Source of the DNA: Nitrososphaeria archaeon
GTDB lineage: Archaea; Thermoproteota; Nitrososphaeria; JACIWG01
Length of the DNA: 64,000 nucleotides
Assembly: GCA_050011875.1 (NCBI GenBank)
Contig: JBEKIG010000007.1
Coordinates: forward strand, 52,260-116,259
Direction of reading: 5' to 3'
How positions within the stretch are numbered: the stretch's first letter is position 1; every line of letters begins with the position of its first letter. A model generated the notes under the pieces. It had not been told where the DNA came from. It did no database searches and saw only the letters and a list, made by a program, of their open reading frames with translations. Made by a program: the position numbers and the translations under genes. This document shows positions 53,945 to 63,298 of the stretch, piece by piece.

Positions 53945-54798
53945 ACAAATCTCCAGAAAAGGGTCATTAGTACTATCGTGATCAATAACATAATAATGGA
54001 CATTGTGCAGGCATACGAGACTCTACTTGCTCCCTGAATAGCTTCCCAATATGCATAAAGATCTAGTGTCTCAGTAGTTATACCAGGGCCTCCAGTAGTC
54101 ATAACGTATATGTAATCAAAGCTTCTTAATGACATTACCATGATATAGAAAATCAGACCGACCAGACCAGGTTTGATTATTGGATATAGGATATTCCTAT
54201 AAAGTGTTAAACCACCGGCTCCAAAAACTCTTGCAGCCTCAATAGCTTCTTTTGGAATCGCCTCATACAATATTATAACAAGAGCCGCGAGAAGACAGCC
54301 CCATTGCCAAATATTTACAAGCGCACATGCAAAAAGCGCTAAATAAGGATCAGATAGGATCGGTGTAGTAAACCCTACATAACTTAAAAGGAGAGGGAAT
54401 ATCCCTACGACAGGAGAATACATTAGTCTCCACATAAACGCACCCGCAACAGAGGGAACCATCGCAGGTATTATAAGTACCAATAAACAAACGGATTTAA
54501 ATTTGCCTCTAACATATTCATTAATTATTGTGGATAAGACAATTCCGACCAATACAGAACCAAGGATAGTTATTGCCAACCATTCAAAAGTAACTCCAAT
54601 GTCATTATAGAATCGTGGATCATGTAAGAATAAATTGACGTAATTTGTTAGTCCAATAAATTTACCTGTCCCTGGGAACCTAAAATCCAAATTGCACAAC
54701 GATAACCAAGCTGCTTCAACTAAAGGGTAAGTGCCTAATCCGAATAGAAAAACAAATGTTGGAATAAAAAAAAGGTAGAAGAACTGCTTCTGATTCAA
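53926..54798 (-). CDS. Carbohydrate ABC permease (MalF-type)
   Basis: FIGLTNY, EAARVFGA and TTGGPGITTET motifs. Confidence 0.92.
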   Translation of the reverse strand: MNQKQFFYLFFIPTFVFLFGLGTYPLVEAAWLSLCNLDFRFPGTGKFIGLTNYVNLFLHDPRFYNDIGVTFEWLAITILGSVLVGIVLSTIINEYVRGKFKSVCLLVLIIPAMVPSVAGAFMWRLMYSPVVGIFPLLLSYVGFTTPILSDPYLALFACALVNIWQWGCLLAALVIILYEAIPKEAIEAARVFGAGGLTLYRNILYPIIKPGLVGLIFYIMVMSLRSFDYIYVMTTGGPGITTETLDLYAYWEAIQGASRVSYACTMSIIMLLITIVLMTLFWRFVWVRRT

Positions 54799-54842
54799 GC
54801 CATTCTTCCTTTTATTTTTTTTTCTTAGCGGAATTTTCTTGT

Positions 54843-56336
54843 CTAAGTACTGGAAAGGACATTTTTAGCGTACGCTACTGCATCGTCGAGAGATGCTTTG
54901 ATCATAGCGTCAGTTACTGTTGTCCCAGAATATGCTGCTGTAAACAGTTCTTCCAGATTTATTCCTAAGTAATCGCCTATCTCTGGCCAAGCTGCAATCT
55001 GTGGAATACAGAGCTTTTGTATGGGTATGCAAGCTGATACTGTTTGAAGGTAATTAGCCGGATACTTTCCTGCCATAGCTGAACTATTTAAAGTGGAGGT
55101 CCTAGCAATACTTATGCCTGCTCCTCCATTGACCCTATTGAGTTCATTTGTTGTGTTTGTCCACCACCCAATGAATGCGCCTGCTGCTTTACGTAGTGCG
55201 TCAGTTGGACAACCATAGGTGGAAATCCCAAGCCCGTGACAAGATGTAGCTGAGACATTTATACCTGTGTCCGAATTTTTACATGGTATACTGACAGCGA
55301 ATTTGTTATATGCTACAGATTCACTTTGGTTATCAACGTAGTCATAGAATCCATTTGCATCCTCCATAATTGCTTCTTTTCCAGCCTCATAATCGCTGAG
55401 TACATCGGACCAGAGCATTGTAGGGCTTGGAGCCAGCTTTATCAATTTTATATAATACGCTGTAGCTGCAACCGCTTCCGGAGAGTTGAAAACAGGGTTA
55501 TTTGAAGCATCTAAGTATGTTCCACCAAACCTAACCAAGTATGGGCTCCACCTCCATACATTCGCTCCAGAACCACGTGCTCCTCGTGTCCCACATCCAT
55601 ATATGGAAGGTGGGTTCTGTAATTTTGTAGCAGCATTCAGGAAGTCGTCCAGAGTTACAGGTAAAGAAATGCTAGTGTTTGGTCCTATCAAGTCTGTCCT
55701 ATAGAAATTCATATCTGCTTCACCGTACATAGGAGCACCATAGGGTGTTCCATTGTAACTCAATGTATTTGTATACGAAGAAAAGAAATCGCTGAAATTA
55801 CCGTCTGAAGGATAATAGTCTTGTATCGGATAAATCCACTTATTCGCCGCCATTGTTGCTATATTTGCCTCATCAACATAGTACACTTGGAATGCACCTG
55901 CATGTGTGGAGGCGTCCAACAATTCTTTAGCTCTACGATCATCTTCTGAGTAAAAAGCAATCACAGCGCGTACTCCTGTCTCTGAATAACATTGGTCTAA
56001 CAATTTATCTTCTATATCCCAAACATTTGTGTCTTGTGCAAGAATGTTTATAGTTGTACCTCCAGTAGCAGTTGCCGATACTATAGTCGGGGAAGCTATT
56101 GTCGTTGACGTTGAAGTTGATGAAGGGGCAGATGCCGTAGAAGTGATTGTAGAAGTAGTAGCTGAAGTAACTGTAGTAGCTGTTGTAACTGTAGACGTGG
56201 TAGTCACATGCTGAGGGAACATCGTATATGTTGCTGCCGCCCCGACAACAAGTCCTGCGACAGCGGCAATTGTATATCCAAGAAAATTCCTTCTATCCAT
56301 TTTCTTAGGTTGTTCTTGAGTCATAATTGGCACCAT
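54843..56336 (-). CDS. Carbohydrate ABC substrate-binding protein with Tat signal and Thr/Ser-rich linker
   Basis: DRRNFL twin-arginine motif, hydrophobic helix, T/S stalk and family-1 SBP motifs (FYRTDL, FGG..D...P.FNS). Confidence 0.9.
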   Translation of the reverse strand: MVPIMTQEQPKKMDRRNFLGYTIAAVAGLVVGAAATYTMFPQHVTTTSTVTTATTVTSATTSTITSTASAPSSTSTSTTIASPTIVSATATGGTTINILAQDTNVWDIEDKLLDQCYSETGVRAVIAFYSEDDRRAKELLDASTHAGAFQVYYVDEANIATMAANKWIYPIQDYYPSDGNFSDFFSSYTNTLSYNGTPYGAPMYGEADMNFYRTDLIGPNTSISLPVTLDDFLNAATKLQNPPSIYGCGTRGARGSGANVWRWSPYLVRFGGTYLDASNNPVFNSPEAVAATAYYIKLIKLAPSPTMLWSDVLSDYEAGKEAIMEDANGFYDYVDNQSESVAYNKFAVSIPCKNSDTGINVSATSCHGLGISTYGCPTDALRKAAGAFIGWWTNTTNELNRVNGGAGISIARTSTLNSSAMAGKYPANYLQTVSACIPIQKLCIPQIAAWPEIGDYLGINLEELFTAAYSGTTVTDAMIKASLDDAVAYAKNVLSST

Positions 56337-56710
56337 TATATTGAGTTATATTTAAAGTTAAATGTAAACGGGTTTATTAAATTTTGCAAATTACGCATCT
56401 AAGATAATAAACACTTGATGGAATAAATTATTATATTATATTATATTTTATTATTAGTATTTATATTTCTTAAATAACTTTTGATCGCAATATGGAATCC
56501 ACATATTCCTTTCCCTTTAGATTCATTCTTAATATCACTTAAAGAAAAATATCTTTACATCCTTATTATTACAATCTTAAATAAAACCACTCCATTAAAA
56601 CACACTATTGGTCAATTTCGCTAGAATTTCAAAACATAATTTCTTAGGATATTTATCATTGAATAGGGTGTGTCCACACTTCGTCTTGGCTTAATTATAT
56701 CGTCTCAATT

Positions 56711-56956
56711 TTATCTCATAGTACCACCAAAAGGTATTGTCACTGTAGATATTGTCTCCTCTTCTTCTATTACTTCTTTATGTGTCTTGTTTATTTCTTT
56801 GTATGCCTCAGCGCATGCTTGGGAGCAAAACTTTAACGATCCTCCTTGAACTTTCCTGTTTACAGCCTTTTCATGGAAAACTTTTTCTCCAACGTTCGGA
56901 AGAACTTCATTTGTGGCATCTTCATCCTTTTCTTTTACTAATGACATATAGGTCAA
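56711..56956 (-). pseudogene. TRASH/YHS-like domain fragment
   Basis: KFCSQACAEAY motif; the expected N-terminal Cys is absent (VLPNVG) and there is an in-frame stop upstream. Confidence 0.35.
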
Positions 56957-57378
56957 AAACCATGAAGGAAAAGCAATTGCTTAAGTATTTCCCGAAGATA
57001 TTCGGGAAACAGCTAGGATCATTATTAACTTGTGTTTCCCTTATTTTCAGTTCAATTAATGGATTACATACTTTTATCGGAGGATGTCATACCTAGTGTT
57101 CTTCGGTTTTCTTCTCCAAATCAGTAGAAGTTGTATGAGTCAATTAAATCGTAGAAGTTGAAGTTAAGTTAGTCGCTAACGTGAAGGTCTAAGATAAGGT
57201 CATAGTGAGGAGCTCATGCCTGTATAAGTCGAAGTTGCACTGGTTGGGAGAAGCTATGAGGATAGTGGTGCGGGACTATGGACTAAGCAGAATCATTGGC
57301 TTCATGGGTTGCTTTGAATTTGACAAACGAGCATTAAGGGAGCGCGTCGATAAAACGGTAACGCTAGACCCTAAGGCA

Positions 57379-57840
57379 TTAAATCCATAATTTTAGCCTC
57401 TTTTTCAAAGCAAAAAATAATGGGAAACCAATTCCTATAATTGCAATTATTTCCCCAATTGCAACTGTTATTATGGTTAAAAGCAAAGGTACGGCAAATA
57501 TCCGGTTAAGAATAAATGCAACCCAAAGAGAAATGGAGGCGATTAAAATTGGCTGTGCTTTATTACCTAATTTCCAAATGGCAATTTGTGGCAAAATCAA
57601 TACAAATGGGGTTATCCAGTCTAACATTCCAACAGGGCTTGATAAGTTTCCTATAAAGTTTCCAATTGTTATTCCAGCAATCATTGGAAAGCCGAATAAT
57701 GGTATTAAGGCGTACATCGCATCCGAAATCCGACATTGGATAGATAAAAAAGCGATTGGAGCAATTGCTAATGTAATAGCGTAGTAAGATGCTGCAAATA
57801 TCGCTGTTAAAGCAATCATTCTTGTTTTTCCTTTCTTCAT
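57379..57840 (-). CDS. queT: QueT-family transporter (predicted 7-deazaguanine precursor uptake)
   Basis: AIFAASY..ITL.IAPIAF..IQCRISD and GITIGNFIGNL.SP.G.LD match the QueT signature. Confidence 0.82.
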   Translation of the reverse strand: MKKGKTRMIALTAIFAASYYAITLAIAPIAFLSIQCRISDAMYALIPLFGFPMIAGITIGNFIGNLSSPVGMLDWITPFVLILPQIAIWKLGNKAQPILIASISLWVAFILNRIFAVPLLLTIITVAIGEIIAIIGIGFPLFFALKKRLKLWI

Positions 57841-57888
57841 TTACATCACTTCAGGAGATTGTCCGTAATATTTTTCCTTATATTTCAT
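57841..57888 (-). CDS. 15-aa upstream ORF MKYKEKYYGQSPEVM
   Basis: Preceded by GAGGTAGG; its TAA abuts the queT ATG (TAAATG). Confidence 0.3.
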   Translation of the reverse strand: MKYKEKYYGQSPEVM

Positions 57889-57894
57889 TTCTAC

Positions 57895-58026
57895 CTACCT
57901 CATGGATTTTTCATAACTATAAAGTACGCCTAACACCTGTTTCAATAATAATGCAACGATCGGGATAGATAGCGAAAAGTCTTTCCTCTTACTATACTCT
58001 ATCTTACTTTCTTTTTCCAAATTCAA
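57895..58026 (-). CDS. 43-aa small ORF after a strong Shine-Dalgarno
   Basis: GGGAGGGAGGTGA then TTG at 58026 or 58020; MNLEKESKIEYSKRKDFSLSIPIVALLLKQVLGVLYSYEKSMR. Confidence 0.35.
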   Translation of the reverse strand: MNLEKESKIEYSKRKDFSLSIPIVALLLKQVLGVLYSYEKSMR

Positions 58027-58027
58027 T

Positions 58028-58080
58028 TCACCTCCCTCCCGGGGTTTATTCTGCGGAACGGCGGGAGGACGCCACCCGCA
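58028..58080 (-). promoter_or_regulatory. Candidate structured 5' leader: hairpin with anti-SD loop
   Basis: UGCGGGUGGCG-UCCUCC-CGCCGUUCCGCA stem-loop, GAAUAAA linker, then GGGAGGGAGGUGA; TATA-like TTTTAATTA near 58103-58111. Confidence 0.5.
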
Positions 58081-58199
58081 CGCATTCTTACGCGCAACTG
58101 TGTAATTAAAAATTTACTATTGTTATAGAAACTAGACGTAATGTAAAATCAATTGAACTTGTGGGAATATTTGGGATAAAAGGATGTAACAGTTTATGA

Positions 58200-58460
58200 C
58201 CATGGAGTCTCCGAGAGAAACTTGTTAATGATCTATCGTCACTCTTTAGCCTTGATGAAATTTCGTTCCACAGTCTAAGTAACTCAAATCCATGCGTTTT
58301 TAAAGAATTATTTCATTGACCATGTCTTCAACGATCTTAGAAAATTCTTTTTCCTCTTTTATATTCAGAATCTTTATAGAAGTCTTTCAACGAACGTCCT
58401 CGCATAAGAATAGAAATCGCCTCTAAACCTCGTGTTAATCTTTCTTAAATATGAGTCAAG
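58200..58460 (-). pseudogene. Remnant of a type IIG/TaqI-like restriction-modification protein (specificity region)
   Basis: LDSYLRKINTRFRGDFYSYARTFVERL(fs,P)IKILNIKEEKEFSKIVEDMVNEII resembles the LDxYL..IST.FRG.Y.Y...F.E.LPI motif. Confidence 0.6.
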
Positions 58461-58721
58461 TTCGGCTTAACCTTTGAACCTCTAATAATTTTTGACTATT
58501 AAATCTTATAAGAAAACTATAAGATGAGGATTTTTAAAAACGCTTAATAAAATTGCATGATGTCTCAGTACGATATTTTGTATCGTAAAGCTTGCTAAAT
58601 GAACATAGAAGCTTATGAAGCCCTTGAAAGCAAGATCCTAAAATGTGTCTATAATTGACATTTACCTAAATAAACCTCCGGAAAGAGAGGACCTACAAAG
58701 TTATATGGAAATCAACCTACA

Positions 58722-58788
58722 GATTCCATATAGATATCTTTACCCATATACATATAGATATCAATATGGAATCCATATAGATATCTAT
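58722..58788. repeat. CATATAGATATC x3 with nested palindromes
   Basis: Copies at 58727, 58751 and 58774; palindromes ATATGGA-A-TCCATAT (58764-58778) and ATAGATATCTAT (58777-58788). Confidence 0.8.
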
Positions 58789-59346
58789 CAATATGTGTAG
58801 ATAGCCATAGTCAATTAAATGTCTGCGATAAAAAGAGGCAAGAAAGGGAAAGCAAAGAATTCTCTCTAGTAGATTAAAGGCAGTACGCTAGGGTTATCCA
58901 ACGGAAAGGAACAAATTATCCAGAAGTCATAAGGAAACTGGCACTAAGAAATCTTAGGAGATTGCTGAGTTCTAAGCAGATAAAAAGGCTTTATCTTTAA
59001 CAGAAACTTCAAAGACAAAAATCCAGTCAAGACCCTCACAAAAATTACCAATATAAATTAAAAAAGTAATATGTGGAATCCTCGGATTAACTTATGTGTG
59101 ATGAGAATAATTTTTTTATGCTTACAGTAACGAAAGAAAAAGGCAAGAATAATTTTAGTTTCAGGGTGTCTCTCACTTTATATAAAAATCATGGTATTTG
59201 AGAGCTTAAGGTTCGCCTTTCCGTTATTGGAATACACTAGAAAAAGTATAACTGCAGCCGCCTCCTTGGCTTTTCTCCGAATTTGGTGGAGCCTAAATGC
59301 AAAGAAGTTGTCCTACAAAGATATAGACATAGGCTGAATCATAGTG

Positions 59347-60411
59347 TCAGCGTATCTCCTCAACACGTTTCTTCAAGAATGCTTCGACCTCCGTTAGACT
59401 TGGGATACCTGCCCTACCTCCCACTTTGGTGCACTTAATGGATGATACAGCACTCGAAAATTCTATCGCTCTAACAATATCCCATCCTTGGGCAATTCCG
59501 TAGCTGAAGGCGCCATGGAATACGTCACCAGCACCCGTTGTGTCCATAGCTTGGACCTTGAAGGCTTTTCGGGCGATGACTTCCTTCCCGACTACGAACA
59601 CCGAGCCATCCTCCCCGAGTGTAACCCCAACAACCTCTGGGCCATAGGAGAGAAGCTTCTTACACATGACAACGGGATCCGTTTCCTTGGTGAACTCCAT
59701 CGCCGTCTTCCGAGATAGAATGAGGTATGTTATGTTCTTCAAGAACTCGAGCAGTTTAGGATGCGAATAGGTTTCCATATCATAGCAAGTTAGAACACCA
59801 TTCCTCTTGGCCGTACGCGCAGCATCAAGGGTTACATCGGAGCATTCCCCTAAATTGAGCACCTTTCCTTCCGTCAAAATATCTAGCTGTTCATTTGAAT
59901 AGATTTCGTGTCTCTCCTTCTCATCTGCGGTCAGCGGGTTTGTCATCGCCCACATAGCTGCACGGCGTATGTCTGTAGGGAGGTTAAAGTCCTTGAGATA
60001 CTTGGCTTCTACCCACTGATTAGTACCATTCTTGCCCAAAAGGATAAAAGTCAACCAGGTTTTGATGTCTTTGTCAACGAACACATGGCTCGTGTCTACG
60101 TTGTACTTCTTAAAATCAGAGATAGCGAATTTACCCCATTCATCATCTCCAACCTTTGATATCATCGCTGCTTTTCCCCCTAAACGGCCGACCGCGGCCA
60201 TCGCTGTAGCTACTAATCCGCCTCCCTGAATTGACCATGCGGAAAACTTCCTAGAATTAACAGGGAGCTCAATGTCAGGTCTAAACTGAGTATATTTACC
60301 TTTGAAAATTACATTTGGATCTTCTACTCGAAGCAGGCAATCTATAACGCTTATTCCTAACCCAACTACATCGAACTTCATCACAGTCCTCCCGTTCCAA
60401 TCCCTATGCAA
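59347..60411 (-). CDS. PfkB-family carbohydrate kinase
   Basis: GGGLVATA...RLGG...KVGDD, VTLGEDG and DTTGAGDVFHGAF motifs. Confidence 0.92.
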   Translation of the reverse strand: MHRDWNGRTVMKFDVVGLGISVIDCLLRVEDPNVIFKGKYTQFRPDIELPVNSRKFSAWSIQGGGLVATAMAAVGRLGGKAAMISKVGDDEWGKFAISDFKKYNVDTSHVFVDKDIKTWLTFILLGKNGTNQWVEAKYLKDFNLPTDIRRAAMWAMTNPLTADEKERHEIYSNEQLDILTEGKVLNLGECSDVTLDAARTAKRNGVLTCYDMETYSHPKLLEFLKNITYLILSRKTAMEFTKETDPVVMCKKLLSYGPEVVGVTLGEDGSVFVVGKEVIARKAFKVQAMDTTGAGDVFHGAFSYGIAQGWDIVRAIEFSSAVSSIKCTKVGGRAGIPSLTEVEAFLKKRVEEIR

Positions 60412-60642
60412 GGTTAGAAATTAAATCGTTCGGTTAAAAGAAGGTTTAACTCCCTACACCTGTGAAATCTTTGCAGATCTTTTGTTGAACTGCTGTTTTC
60501 CGAAAAACTTGTTGGCTTCTCCTTTTATCACAGATACCAAGATTTCGTTTGGAATCAAGGTCGCTGAGTAGGAGAACTTCCTGGAAGGGACACACTGACA
60601 TCACAAGATAGAAGACGGCAGATTTAGAGCTGGTAAGTGGTC

Positions 60643-61107
60643 CTATTTAGAGAGATCTTCTGCAACTCTTTGCGTCCATTTCTTGGCTTTTTCTAGCTCA
60701 CCCTCTTTCAGATGCAAGTCGTTCCCCTCGCCTTCTATGTACGTAATCAGAGGAACGGTGATAAGCCTGAAACCAAGACCCCCAAGTTTGCCTTCTAAAC
60801 CCTTAGCTGCGCTTCCGCTAAACCTTGACTGAATTTGAGTGTCAAAAGCCGCAGCCAGCTTTCCAGAAAATTCTTTGTTTGACAAACCGTTAAGAAACTG
60901 CATAATCCCCTTCGATGCACTGAAAGCCATCGTGGGCGCACCAGCAATTAAGCAGTCGTAGTTCTTAATAATAGCCTTGTCAACATCATTTACGAAGAAG
61001 GAGTCTACTTTAATTCCCTTCTCCTTCAATACCTCAGCAATCGCTTCAGCCACTTTCGCCGTCAATTTCATAGGAGAAACAGAATCGTAGATGATTAGAA
61101 CCTTCAT
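60643..61107 (-). CDS. Flavodoxin-like protein
   Basis: IIYDS...T.KVAEAIA, AGAPT, AAAFDT and GELEKAKKW motifs. Confidence 0.85.
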   Translation of the reverse strand: MKVLIIYDSVSPMKLTAKVAEAIAEVLKEKGIKVDSFFVNDVDKAIIKNYDCLIAGAPTMAFSASKGIMQFLNGLSNKEFSGKLAAAFDTQIQSRFSGSAAKGLEGKLGGLGFRLITVPLITYIEGEGNDLHLKEGELEKAKKWTQRVAEDLSK

Positions 61108-61291
61108 ACAAACTTCATTGCAATTCAGTAAACCGTCATCAATTATTAAGCGTTTAAATTCGCGAACTAGACAAAAATTAGTTTGAAGTATATGTTTTTC
61201 GAAGGATGCTAGATTCTACTTCTTTTTTTATCCAGCTAGACGTTTTGGTTTAATGAGCATATATTAAGCTTAGTTGATGTAAGTTTCAAAT

Positions 61292-61490
61292 ACTCGTAGT
61301 TTCTGGGGTCATTTTAACCGCACTATTCGGTATCGCACCTTTTCTTGAAAGTGGCTGTTGTGGGTTGCCCAAGTTTAGGCCTATAAAAAGTGTGATAACA
61401 ATGACAAAGATAACCGCTAGCACTATGACAAAGGATATTTCATATTTTCTGTTGTGGAAAACTATCTTTGAAAACCGTATCTTTACACCT
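61292..61490 (-). pseudogene. Possible N-terminal remnant of a membrane-anchored protein
   Basis: KYEISFVIVLAVIFVIVITLFIGLNLG...GAIPNSAVKMTPET then stop; no clear start codon. Confidence 0.3.
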
Positions 61491-61740
61491 ATGGTAACTG
61501 GTTTTTTATCAATCTACTATTTCTAATTCTGTTAAGAGATTTGAAGGCACATGCTTAGCATCTAAAATTTTGATCTAACCGACAGGATAAAGATCTGAAA
61601 TATATAATAGTCTGTCCGCGTTGTAATTCTAAGTCGATCGGTAGGCTTTAGCTTTGCTTTGACCAGACACTATATCATCGCTCTAGCGTGCCAATCCTCC
61701 ACGATCGAGCTGGTTTTCTATTCGTCTAAGAAGGCTTGAA

Positions 61741-61935
61741 TTGAGCCCTAATAATTCTCCATTATTCGGTATGGGGGTAAAGTTTGGGACTACCAAGGAG
61801 AACGCCTGGGACTATCTGCATAAGCTCACGGAAGAGGGAACCGTGATATTGACACCGACATCAGGCGGTGTAAGGGCCCAATTGACGGACAAAGGCCTGC
61901 AAATGTTGCGTCAAGGAAAACGTCTTAACGTTTGA
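61741..61935 (+). CDS. Winged-helix-like DNA-binding protein or fragment
   Basis: FGTTKENAWDYLHKLTEEGTV...AQLTDKG resembles a recognition helix plus wing. Confidence 0.45.
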   Translation: MSPNNSPLFGMGVKFGTTKENAWDYLHKLTEEGTVILTPTSGGVRAQLTDKGLQMLRQGKRLNV

Positions 61936-62010
61936 CAGATACCCCGGACAAGTCTGCTGGAAAATCATGAAATAAAAACCGGACGCCACTTTTAGCGTTA
62001 AAAAACCTAA

Positions 62011-62098
62011 ATTTAACGGAAAACTTAACGCTAACTTAACGTGAAACTTAACGGCAAACTTAACGCTGACTTAACGGACTTGACAGCATATTTGTCAA
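62011..62098 (+). repeat. Iteron-like tandem array of ACTTAACG
   Basis: Exact copies at 62023, 62034, 62046, 62058 and 62069 plus ATTTAACG at 62011 (11-12 bp period), followed by inverted repeat TTGACA-N7-TGTCAA. Confidence 0.9.
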
Positions 62099-62544
62099 AA
62101 AAAGGTGGCCCCTTAAGATCATAAAGATAACTTCCAGATCAAACCTTTTTAGGAAAATAAAGTCTGATGCTAACCAAAAATTGTAGCCAGATAAAAAATG
62201 ATCCCAGAATATTTGCAATAAATTCTTTGGATGATTTTTTTGGTGCATCGAAATCTACAGCCAACATTATAAAACGCATATACGATGGCGTTGGCCGTGG
62301 ATAGATCTAGATCAATGGTAGCGATGATTTGGCATGAGTTCGGTAAGAATGATGTGAAGGTTAAATTGTAAACAATTCAGCCTGTTTTGTTGTTGTAGCC
62401 TAAACTCATTTTCAAATTGTACTATTTAAACGCATTCAACAGCGTACGCATATGCCTGTTGACGAAGCATTTTGACCAATTAACCTTAGTAATAATAATA
62501 ATTTATGAACGATTCTAGGAAAGTGATATATCTATGCTACATAA

Positions 62545-62943
62545 ATGCGATGGAAAGATATGGCAGAATTTAAGGAGAACGTTGCTAAAGGTGCTCTAAT
62601 CGCGGTGGTAATAGTGTTAATCCTTGGAGAAGGATCAAACTACCTTTTTCAAAAAACGACACCTACCTACACAATAGTTACAGACAAGACAAGTTACGTT
62701 GTAGGTGACACAATAAGGTGGACAGCTTCAGGCTTGATAAAAGGAGAAAGCTATGTCGTTGGAGCCGACCTAAATGGGGACGTCTTGCAAACAGGTAGTT
62801 TTACTGCAACCGCAAACACAGTGACAGGTTCTTACGAAGTAGGAAGTAACGTCGTTGGCGCAACGAGCTTTATAATAGGACAGCCAACTTCATCAGGGGC
62901 AGTAGAGATCTTAGCCTCTGTACCAATTACATTATCACAGTAA
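62545..62943 (+). CDS. Small membrane-anchored or secreted beta-rich protein
   Basis: N-terminal hydrophobic helix, then TDKTSYVVGDTI (Ig-like start) and T/S/G-rich sequence. Confidence 0.7.
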   Translation: MRWKDMAEFKENVAKGALIAVVIVLILGEGSNYLFQKTTPTYTIVTDKTSYVVGDTIRWTASGLIKGESYVVGADLNGDVLQTGSFTATANTVTGSYEVGSNVVGATSFIIGQPTSSGAVEILASVPITLSQ

Positions 62944-63298
62944 GAAATCAAAAAGACTGGTTGGATAATAAAAATCAAAAAGTTTATAATTAATATCGAC
63001 AAAATTTTTTAATTTTTACTTTTATTTCTACTTTGTTAGACCCCAGAATTGCCCACTTAAGTTTAAAAATAAAGTAAACGCGGCTAGTCCTCTAGGCTGG
63101 AGTTTCATCATAAAAGTATTATTAGATTAATTATTAATTTTTCGCCCGACAATATTGTCAGTGTATCAAAGCCCGAATTTATTAAGAAAATATTTAACTG
63201 TCATATCCTACATTCAATAAATAGTATGATTTCAGAAAAAGAAATAAACAAAAAAAGGTTCCGGATAACTGCCCAAGCTGTAAAGAGAGTATTTTGGC

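Noticed and set aside
56090-56210. Low-complexity repeat-like DNA
   Set aside because: Encodes the Thr/Ser linker of the binding protein, common in archaeal surface proteins
62011-62076. Tandem repeats as a CRISPR array
   Set aside because: Units are 8 bp with 3-4 bp gaps; there are no spacers and no cas genes
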